NCBI GenBank assembly: GCA_016840085.1
Contig: JAEOTA010000006.1
Coordinates: 1 to 64,000, forward strand
Source: Promethearchaeota archaeon
GTDB lineage: Archaea; Asgardarchaeota; Lokiarchaeia; Sigyniarchaeales; SOKP01
Length of the DNA: 64,000 nucleotides
Reading direction: 5' to 3'
Below the pieces are notes generated by a model. It ran no database searches. It saw only the letters and a list, made by a program, of their open reading frames with translations, and was not told the origin of the DNA. The number at the start of each line of letters is the position of its first letter. Position 1 is the stretch's first letter. A program made the position numbers and the translations under genes. Of the stretch, positions 50,474 to 58,188 are shown one piece after another.

Positions 50474-51601
50474 ATGAGGAAAAGTAAAAGAGTAAGTCCG
50501 TTCAAATCACCAGTTCTACTCACACTAAAAGCTTATAGAAGAATTGTAGGTTATGCTATTAGATATGCTAATAATAATTTAAGTCCCGGTAAATGGCGTG
50601 AAGTATATGGAATTTTAGTTGGTTCAATAGAAAATAATTTAGAAGTAATCGTAAAAGATGCGATTCCTATGGTTGTTGGGGATAGAGCTGGTGTCAAATA
50701 TGAAAATAAACAATATGTGGACATGGCTCAAATTGATGCTTCAGTTTTTGAAAGATCAATTCAGGATAAGAGAAATGATTTTATAATTGGTTGGTGGCAT
50801 ACACATCCCGGATTCGGATTTTTTTATTCACCTATAGATCATTTAACTCATTTAGGTTATCAAATCCCAAATCCTTTTGCAATAGGTTTAATTTTTGATC
50901 ATTGTGAAAAAGGATCTAATGAACATTTTTTAGGAATAGCAGGTTTAAGACTTAAAGACCCCGACTTAGGATTAAGTTCTACTTATAACCTCATAGAAAT
51001 GAAATTTGAATTTGACAAAGAAACAATGGTAAAAAAAGCTGATAATGTTATTAAGAAAGTGAACAAAGATATGGATATAGTATTAAGAGAAATCAAATAT
51101 ATAGATGAAGTACTAAGAAAAAAGGCATTAGCTCAGCTTCAGAGAAATTATGGATTAATTCTTGTTTCAAAAAAAGATATTGTAGTGACTGATAATGAAG
51201 AAGAAGCTGAAGAGGATGAACGTTATTTATATGAGTGGGATCCTGATTTCTATAAAAAAACATTTAGAATTCCTAAATTTAGAGAAAAAATTGAAAAATC
51301 TATATCAACTGCATATGATGAATTAGATAAATTATTTGAAGAGAAAAAAACAGAAGAATATGAGTTAAAGAAACAGAAATTATCAAAGAAATTACAAAAT
51401 TCGTTAAAGAAACCTAATGAATGGTATGATAAGCTTACGGAAGATTTTTCTAAGAGAATAGAAATTATATCTCCTTATTTCAATTATTTAGACACAAATG
51501 AAAGAAAAATAATTGAATATTTTGAACAGAGAAGTTCTGAATATTATAAAATCTTGGATGTTATAAATCAACGAGCTGAATTAAATCTAGAAGATTTTTA
51601 A
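50474..51601 (+). CDS. MPN/JAMM (Mov34) metalloprotease with coiled-coil C-terminus
   Basis: EVYGILVG and GWWHTHPGFGFFYSPID (E..HxHx7Sx2D). Confidence 0.9.
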   Translation: MRKSKRVSPFKSPVLLTLKAYRRIVGYAIRYANNNLSPGKWREVYGILVGSIENNLEVIVKDAIPMVVGDRAGVKYENKQYVDMAQIDASVFERSIQDKRNDFIIGWWHTHPGFGFFYSPIDHLTHLGYQIPNPFAIGLIFDHCEKGSNEHFLGIAGLRLKDPDLGLSSTYNLIEMKFEFDKETMVKKADNVIKKVNKDMDIVLREIKYIDEVLRKKALAQLQRNYGLILVSKKDIVVTDNEEEAEEDERYLYEWDPDFYKKTFRIPKFREKIEKSISTAYDELDKLFEEKKTEEYELKKQKLSKKLQNSLKKPNEWYDKLTEDFSKRIEIISPYFNYLDTNERKIIEYFEQRSSEYYKILDVINQRAELNLEDF

Positions 51602-51758
51602 TGAGATTGTTTTAATTTGCATTTATCAAACTTTAAAAGTATGTAAAAATATTATCAAATTAAGAATTTTGGAAAAATTTAATTAAGATAAGAAATTATT
51701 AAAAAATAAGCTTCTTTTTAATAGATTATATTATTTTTTTTGCGAATGAGGTTCTTTC

Positions 51759-52085
51759 ATGGTTAATGAAACTACAATTATAATAAGAAACCGAAATGAA
51801 AAAGATAAATCAATTAAAGACGCCATATTTGCTTTTTCAGGTGGTAAGAAATCCCTTAAGATAAAGGGTGAAGGTGATGAAATAAGTACTGCTGTGGAAG
51901 TTGCAGAAATTCTAAAAAGTCGTATGTATCCTAGGTTAGAAATTGCAAATGTTTCCTTGGGAAGCCGGCCTTATTTTACAAATAAGCAGCGTGGGCGTAA
52001 TAACCGAAATTTTAGAAATAGCAAAAATAAAATAGATATAGTTTCAAATATAGCAATTACGATCCAAACTAAATCGTATTCTTAA
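51759..52085 (+). CDS. Alba-family protein (divergent)
   Basis: LKIKG.G..ISTAVEVAEILK, V.LGS, VSNI.I.I. Confidence 0.78.
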   Translation: MVNETTIIIRNRNEKDKSIKDAIFAFSGGKKSLKIKGEGDEISTAVEVAEILKSRMYPRLEIANVSLGSRPYFTNKQRGRNNRNFRNSKNKIDIVSNIAITIQTKSYS

Positions 52086-52090
52086 TATTT

Positions 52091-52261
52091 ATGAAATCTA
52101 ATTTTAAAAATCTTGGTCCATTATTAGGTGAGACTCGAACTACAGCGGTTTGTGCAATTTGCAATAATTTCATTTATAAACGTATATATGAAGATGAAAA
52201 TTCTAAAGGAAAAAAAAAAATTGTATTTGTATGTTTGAATTGCTTAAAGAATGAAAAATAG
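52091..52261 (+). CDS. small C4 zinc-finger protein (56 aa)
   Basis: Read by hand: MKSNFKNLGPLLGETRTTAVCAICNNFIYKRIYEDENSKGKKKIVFVCLNCLKNEK; CxxC...CxxC; ATG 5 nt after the Alba stop. Confidence 0.75.
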   Translation: MKSNFKNLGPLLGETRTTAVCAICNNFIYKRIYEDENSKGKKKIVFVCLNCLKNEK

Positions 52262-52284
52262 CTTGTATTAGTAATTATTTTTAC

Positions 52285-53106
52285 TTATTCATCAGATTTC
52301 TCGGTTTTTTTCTGTCTCCTCTTTTCAAGATATTTTTCCCAGTCAAAAGACATAATGAAAAACATCACAGTGATTGTAACTAAAAGCAAGATAGCTTCCG
52401 TTATTATACCTGATTTGCCATTAGGCTCCAAGCCTTGAGCTGTAAATCCAACTGCTACAAAAATTGGCCAGCAACAATAGAATAATGTTGTAAAGTTCTT
52501 TCCGAGCCACCCAGGTATAATACATTTCCAGAAAGGGTATTTAATCATACCTAAAGGAAGGAATAAAATATCATCTGGTAAAGGTGTTAAAGCAAACAGA
52601 AAAATATAGAAAGGTGTACGCTTCTCATTTTCAAGAATCAATTTTCCAAATCCATTAATATTACTCAAAAGATCTAATTGCCTTTCTTCTGCGATCTTTT
52701 TTGTACCATATCCTACCACGTAACCTGTAAGTTCACCTAAAGCACTACCTAAACCTCCTGCTATAGCAAGGCCTAAGATTTCAATCCAGAAAGAGCTTGA
52801 TAAAATTATTTGTCCTAAATTCAACCCAATATTAATATATCTAAGAAAGATTGAATTTGAAAGAGAAAAAAGTACAAAAGGAAATGGAACTGGAAATCCA
52901 ATTGATGCTGAACCTAAAAAACAAATTACGAGAGATATAATTATTGCCCAAAAATAATTTGTACCCTCTGTGATGCGAGTTAAATCTTGTCTCGATTCAA
53001 TTATTGCGAATTGTACATTTGGAACAAAAAGAAATAGTATAAGATATATTATAACAATTAGATAAAAAACGATAAAAACAATAATCAATTTTCTTGAAAC
53101 TGCCAT
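52285..53106 (-). CDS. DedA/VTT (SNARE-associated Golgi protein-like) membrane protein
   Basis: FPVP, G.GSALGE..GY..G, FALTPLPDD, G. Confidence 0.85.
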   Translation of the reverse strand: MAVSRKLIIVFIVFYLIVIIYLILFLFVPNVQFAIIESRQDLTRITEGTNYFWAIIISLVICFLGSASIGFPVPFPFVLFSLSNSIFLRYINIGLNLGQIILSSSFWIEILGLAIAGGLGSALGELTGYVVGYGTKKIAEERQLDLLSNINGFGKLILENEKRTPFYIFLFALTPLPDDILFLPLGMIKYPFWKCIIPGWLGKNFTTLFYCCWPIFVAVGFTAQGLEPNGKSGIITEAILLLVTITVMFFIMSFDWEKYLEKRRQKKTEKSDE

Positions 53107-53110
53107 TTCA

Positions 53111-53500
53111 TTATTGTCTCTTAGTTATTTTTGTATTCAACCCATTCCGTGCTTTTAAGAGTAATTCTAGATTAGAACTAACTTTCCCTATCTTATTCAC
53201 TTTATTCGGCATTTGAAAATTTTCTATTATTATAATAAACTCATCTGTTTTAGGATTATAGACAATATCTCCTTGTTCCACAATTTTTGTGGATTTGGGA
53301 TTAGGCCCTTTATATATCTCTAATCCAGGAAGAGTCCAATATTTTTTTGTCCCGAAACTAAATCGACCTCTCAACACGAATGGCAGTTTATCAATTATCG
53401 CATCAGCGGAAAGAGGAGTAATATATCTGATGATGTGACCCTCTAATGTGCCAATTCCAAATAATTCAATCTTTATTGGTACTAAGCCTGTATCGCTCAT
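53111..53500 (-). CDS. cyclophilin-like fold protein (DUF369/DUF3830-like)
   Basis: P.SADAI...LP, VEQGDIVY.P, VNKIGKV. Confidence 0.72.
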   Translation of the reverse strand: MSDTGLVPIKIELFGIGTLEGHIIRYITPLSADAIIDKLPFVLRGRFSFGTKKYWTLPGLEIYKGPNPKSTKIVEQGDIVYNPKTDEFIIIIENFQMPNKVNKIGKVSSNLELLLKARNGLNTKITKRQ

Positions 53501-53606
53501 TTTAATAAATATAATTCGAGTATTGATCTTTATTTTATCTTTTATTAATTTTCTAATTCATTAAATATTTGTTAAAAAAATCAAAGAATTTATTATTTAT
53601 CTTAAT

Positions 53607-53621
53607 AAGAAGATTTAAATA
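53607..53621 (+). promoter_or_regulatory. BRE/TATA promoter for the candidate ncRNA
   Basis: Purine-rich AAGAAGA then TTTAAATA at -31..-24 relative to G53645. Confidence 0.6.
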
Positions 53622-53644
53622 ATCAAATTATCATATATCTATTT

Positions 53645-54146
53645 GGACAATAGGTAGATATTGCATTGGAATTAGATACATAATTGCGGTTTAAACACCG
53701 ATTCAAATTAATTTGATTCCTTTTTTCCGACAATTTTTTTATTTTTGATTTCAAATCATTTAAAACAATCCTAGATATATATTCAATTTGATTCCCAATG
53801 TTCCTGTAGTGCTCAATATTAAAGCTCAGAAGCTTGAATTTTTACATAACTTCTGTAAAACCAGCAGAAAAATTAGCACTTTGGAGCTAAAATATAAGTT
53901 TATCATCTACGTAACGATTTAATTTATACATTCTTTATAAGAGAGACTAGTTTACATAGATAATTTAAGTTCTGCTGATAATATATTGTTGTTTTATGAT
54001 ACTTGAGACATAAAAACAGCAAGAACATACTTTCTATAAAAAATAGTAAATAGGAGCTTTGATTACTTAATTGTTTCTTAGGATTATGCCTTTCTTAAGT
54101 TCCTTTGAATCAATTTTACTTTGAATAATCGGAGCGCCTATTGTCC
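53645..54146 (+). ncRNA. candidate ~500-nt structured non-coding RNA of unknown class
   Basis: Terminal helix GGACAATAGGT/GCCTATTGTCC; three further helices form a four-way junction; several internal hairpins; G-U pairs work only on +; TATA upstream, T12 downstream; no long ORF. Confidence 0.72.
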
Positions 54147-54997
54147 TTTTTTTTTTTTAGATTTCTCAAATCATCCATAGTATCAATATCATAAAATTCT
54201 TTGTTAGTTCTTAGCCTAAATGCATATATTTTTCTACCATTATCAATCATATAATTAAATGTTTCCCAAATTGTTTTTACTCTGATTGCACCTTTTAGAT
54301 CTAAGATTACTTGGATAAATTTGTAATTGAATATAAAAATGGGAATTATTTGATGAAGGACATCATCAGAAAAAATATCTCTTATTTTTACTTGAGAAAT
54401 CCTTTTTAAAACAGATTCTGAATCGAATTTTTTGACTTCAGCATAAGAAATTAGATTATTTCTTTTATAGATTTGTTCTAATGCCTTTAATTCTATATCT
54501 CTATAAAAAACAAATGGATAATCGTGAATCAATTTGGAATTTTTAGAAATTAAGAGTAAAATTTCTTTTAATATGTCTAAGTCAAAAACAGTATCCCCTG
54601 GAATTAGTATATAGTAATTGTTACTAGTGAAGAAATTTTGGTTCTTTGTAATAGATAAAAAAGAATATAGTGGTCCTAATTTGTACTGATTCTTAGCATC
54701 GATTATTATCAAATTTTTTTGTAAGGAATTATTACTTTTTTTTAATGTTGAAATAAAATCTCGAATGGTATCTCCTAAATACCCTATAACAACTGCTATT
54801 TGCTTTATTTCTAAATCGATTAAATTATTGATGGTATGATTAATAATCGAAATATTATTTAGTTTTTCGATTTTAATTAATGGTTTTGGTAAGGATTTTG
54901 TAATTTCCTTAAGTCTTTTCCCCTCTCCAGCACATAAAATGATAGCATATAATTTTTCTTTAAAATCATTCTTTAGTAATGACAATCCTATTCCCAT
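54116..54997 (-). CDS. nucleotidyltransferase family protein
   Basis: AIILCAGEGKRL....PKPL, GYLG, GD, DIDT..D; exact start uncertain (overlaps map). Confidence 0.82.
   Translation of the reverse strand: MGIGLSLLKNDFKEKLYAIILCAGEGKRLKEITKSLPKPLIKIEKLNNISIINHTINNLIDLEIKQIAVVIGYLGDTIRDFISTLKKSNNSLQKNLIIIDAKNQYKLGPLYSFLSITKNQNFFTSNNYYILIPGDTVFDLDILKEILLLISKNSKLIHDYPFVFYRDIELKALEQIYKRNNLISYAEVKKFDSESVLKRISQVKIRDIFSDDVLHQIIPIFIFNYKFIQVILDLKGAIRVKTIWETFNYMIDNGRKIYAFRLRTNKEFYDIDTMDDLRNLKKKKDNRRSDYSK
54147..54158 (+). terminator. oligo-T archaeal terminator
   Basis: 12 consecutive T immediately after the closing helix of the candidate ncRNA. Confidence 0.65.
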
Positions 54998-55883
54998 CCA
55001 TATCTATTACAATTGTATGTTCTTCTTGAGCTACTGGTTCATTAGATTTTTCTATTAAAATTGGATACTTATCTAATATTTTTTTTCCTATGAAAGATTC
55101 AAGAGTTCTCTGTATTTTATTTTTAGGCATGAGATTATTATTCACTATCCAACGAGGTGAAAATGGAAGATGTCTAAAGTTTTTCTCAATTTTATTCATA
55201 TAATTTAAATGTTCGTAAGGTATATTTTTCTTGGCACGCTTGACAAATCTAAAAATATATGCATGACTCCCATTCTCAACTTTTCCTACACCAGAAGTAG
55301 TAAAAGGTTCACATGCATATGCATCTCCAGGTTTTAAAATTTGATTGTGCATTTTTTCCTTATAATTTGGAATGAAAGGTCCAGCATGTAAATTATATTG
55401 CTTCAACTCATGACCTCCCAAATTTGTTATGGGTCGTAAACCTCGATTTATAATTTTTTGGGCAATGGCTTCACCAAGCTCATATAATTTAGTTCCGGGA
55501 TTAAATAATTGAATTGCTGCTTCAAGAGCTTCTTTTGCTGCCTCAATATAATTTTGAAGTTTTGGATCTTCATCAAGATTAATTGTAAAGGCCGAATCTG
55601 CAATATATCCATTATAATGAGACCCAACATCGACTTTTAATAGTCCTTTTTCCGGTATTAAAGTCTGATCGTCAATTAGAGGACTGTAATGAGCGGCAAC
55701 CTCATTCAGAGACATATTAATAGGGAATGAAAGTTCGCAGTCATTTTTAAGAATTTCAGCTTCACATCTGTTGGCTATTTCTAAAAACGATTCACCTGGT
55801 TTAATGATTCTTTTCGCCAACCTTTTAGCTACAATAACTGCCTTTCCCGCCTTAATATAATCTTGAATATAAGTATTATTCAT
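54966..55883 (-). CDS. map: methionine aminopeptidase type II
   Basis: FP.N.S.N.VAAHY, KVDVG.H..GYIADSA, NL.GH, EPF, Q.EHT. Confidence 0.95.
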   Translation of the reverse strand: MNNTYIQDYIKAGKAVIVAKRLAKRIIKPGESFLEIANRCEAEILKNDCELSFPINMSLNEVAAHYSPLIDDQTLIPEKGLLKVDVGSHYNGYIADSAFTINLDEDPKLQNYIEAAKEALEAAIQLFNPGTKLYELGEAIAQKIINRGLRPITNLGGHELKQYNLHAGPFIPNYKEKMHNQILKPGDAYACEPFTTSGVGKVENGSHAYIFRFVKRAKKNIPYEHLNYMNKIEKNFRHLPFSPRWIVNNNLMPKNKIQRTLESFIGKKILDKYPILIEKSNEPVAQEEHTIVIDMDGNRIVITKE

Positions 55884-55909
55884 TTTTTTATTTTTTCTTA
55901 TTAAATAAA

Positions 55910-57229
55910 TTAGGGAGTTAATCTGTCAGGAGTTCTTGGATACATTACTGCTTCTCTTATATCATCTAACCCGCATATTATAGAAACCCATCTGTCGATT
56001 CCTAATCCTAGTCCAGCATGAGGAGGCATTCCATAATCATAAGCAGTAAGGTGAGATTTGAAAGAAAGTGGGTTTAGTCCTTTTTCTTCAAGTGCCTTCA
56101 TTAATTGTTCTTTATTATGAACTCTGGTTCCACCAGAAGTTAATTCTAGCATGCCTTTTTGTAAGTCGAAAGATTCACTATATTTTGGATTCTTTGAAGC
56201 CATGATGTAAAAGGGTTTAATAGACATTGGCCAATGAGTTATATAATAATATCCAGATAATTCATCTCCTAATCTTCGATAAGCTTCAGTTGGAATATCC
56301 TCGCCAAACTCAAGATTAAACCCATTTTTATTGTTGATTAATTCAATGATTTCTTCATATTTATATCTGGGAAATGAAACTTCTGGTACTACAGTTTTAT
56401 TTTCCATTTCTAAATATTTTAATGCGCCCATTTTATTTTCTCTGATATCTTTAATGGCATTATAGACCAATTCTTCCAATAGTTCAAGTACATCTTTCAT
56501 TGTAACAAATGCCATTTCTACGTCTAAAGTAAATATTTCGCATAAATGTCTTTTAGTGCGACTTTTTTCAGCTCTAAAACAATCACTTATTTCAAAAACC
56601 TTTTCATATACTCCGCTTAATTGTTCTTTGTATAATTGTGCAGATTGAGTAAGAAATGCTTCTTTCTCAAAATATATAATGGGAAATAACTCAGTACCTC
56701 CTTCTGTTGCTGATCCTATAATTTTGGGAGTTGTTATCTCTGTGAAATCTCTCTTGAACAAAAATTTCCTAATAGCTCTAAGTAATTCTCCTCTAATCTC
56801 AACAATAGCTTGATTTTTAAGAGATCTCAGATCTAACGCTCTATGGTTTAACCTTAGATCGAGTTCTGATACTGTCTCTCCTGTCATATCTATAGGAAGT
56901 TTATCAGGTGTTTTATTTAATAATTTTATTTCAGATGGAATAATTTCAATTCCACCTGGTGCCTCGTTGAATGCTTTAACAATTCCTCTTACCATTATGC
57001 AGTATTGATATCCGAATTTGGTATTATCAAACACATCATCAGAAACAACTCCCCTTTTTAAGGTTATTTGACGTTCTCCATATTTATCTTGAAGAGAAAT
57101 GAATTTTAGCCCTCCAAGATTTCTATAATTACGAACCCATCCGCCTAAAATTATTTCACGATCTACTAATTCTGGTGTTATATCTTTAGTATAATGAGTT
57201 TTTCTCCAATCTCCTAATTCATCTAACAT
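55910..57229 (-). CDS. aspS: aspartyl-tRNA synthetase, archaeal, probably non-discriminating (Asp/Asn)
   Basis: GWV...R.LGG OB fold, ATEGG, QS.QLYK, FRAEKS.T.RH..E, GMPPHAG.GLG.DR; Pro in APGG loop typical of non-discriminating AspRS. Confidence 0.95.
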   Translation of the reverse strand: MLDELGDWRKTHYTKDITPELVDREIILGGWVRNYRNLGGLKFISLQDKYGERQITLKRGVVSDDVFDNTKFGYQYCIMVRGIVKAFNEAPGGIEIIPSEIKLLNKTPDKLPIDMTGETVSELDLRLNHRALDLRSLKNQAIVEIRGELLRAIRKFLFKRDFTEITTPKIIGSATEGGTELFPIIYFEKEAFLTQSAQLYKEQLSGVYEKVFEISDCFRAEKSRTKRHLCEIFTLDVEMAFVTMKDVLELLEELVYNAIKDIRENKMGALKYLEMENKTVVPEVSFPRYKYEEIIELINNKNGFNLEFGEDIPTEAYRRLGDELSGYYYITHWPMSIKPFYIMASKNPKYSESFDLQKGMLELTSGGTRVHNKEQLMKALEEKGLNPLSFKSHLTAYDYGMPPHAGLGLGIDRWVSIICGLDDIREAVMYPRTPDRLTP

Positions 57230-57309
57230 AAATCACACGAAATTTCTTACTTAATTAAATTTTAAAAGGAAAAAAAGAATAAAATCTTTTGGTTTCTTAT
57301 CTATTACTT

Positions 57310-58077
57310 ATGGTAAATTTAAACTGGAAAGGAAAGATTGAAAATAAAATAGAATCAAGTGATTCAATTCCTTTCTTTATTAAAGATATTTTTCTATCTA
57401 ATCTAAATAGTCTAGAAACTAGGAATGAATGGTGGAATCTCTTGATATTGGGAGATAATCTTTCAACATTGAATTCACTATTGGATAATTTTGCCGAAAA
57501 GATAACTTTAATTTATAGCGATCCTCCATTTGCAACAGGTGGAGATTATAACTTAAAAATTCTTGTAGGAGAAAATAAAGAAATAATAACTGATTTAGCT
57601 TATGATGATAAATGGAAAGATGGTTTAGATTCATATATAGAATTTATGTATAGCCGTTTAAAATTAATGAAAAAATTGCTATCTCAGAATGGTTCAATCT
57701 ATATTCATTTAGATTGGCATGTTTCTCACTATATTAAAATTATTATGGATGATGTGTTTGGTCCTGAGAACTTTAGAAATGAAATTATATGGGCATATCC
57801 TGCTGCTTCAGCTAGAACTAAAAGATTTTTTATGAGATCTTTTGATGTAATTCTATTTTATACAAAATCTGAAGATTATATTTTCAATGATGATCCTAAT
57901 ATCTATATGGAGTATTCAGACAGGGTAAAAAATGCATTAAAGAAAGATGAAAAGGGCATATTCTATTACAGAGGGGGAAGTCATAATGGAAAAAAATTAT
58001 CAAGAAAAGTTTATGTAACTAAAAAGGGCATTTTTCCTCGTGATGTTTGGAATGATATCAAGAAGATCGAAAATTAA
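57310..58077 (+). pseudogene. amino-DNA methyltransferase (beta class, Mod-like), C-terminally truncated
   Basis: GDNL, IYSDPPF, GSIYIHLDW, F.NEIIW, P.DVW; ends before the TQKP and FxGxG SAM-binding motifs. Confidence 0.82.
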
Positions 58078-58187
58078 ATGAAACGGAGATTGATGTTTCA
58101 CTTTTAGCTCAAGGGCACCGTTTAAAGGATATCAATATGCATGGAATTATATTGAGTAACGAATTCACATTCTATCTAAAATATTAA
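58059..58187 (+). pseudogene. orphan 3' gene fragment fused out of frame to the methyltransferase
   Basis: -1 frame reads QEDRKLNETEIDVSLLAQGHRLKDINMHGIILSNEFTFYLKY*, opens at the junction and stops 1 nt from the convergent LRR gene. Confidence 0.4.
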
Positions 58188-58188
58188 T

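Noticed and set aside
53645-54146. RNase P RNA, SRP RNA or tmRNA identity for the structured region
   Set aside because: No GAGGAAnnUCC/ACAGAAnnnnGCUUA, no SRP helix-8 motif and no tRNA-like ends on either strand; the CCTGTAGT match to the 7SL Alu motif and the ATTTTTG Sm-like site are short enough to be chance
53645-54146. MITE with 10-bp terminal inverted repeats
   Set aside because: No convincing target-site duplication, single copy in the window, and strand-specific G-U pairing with TATA and T12 fit an RNA gene better; not fully excluded without the whole genome
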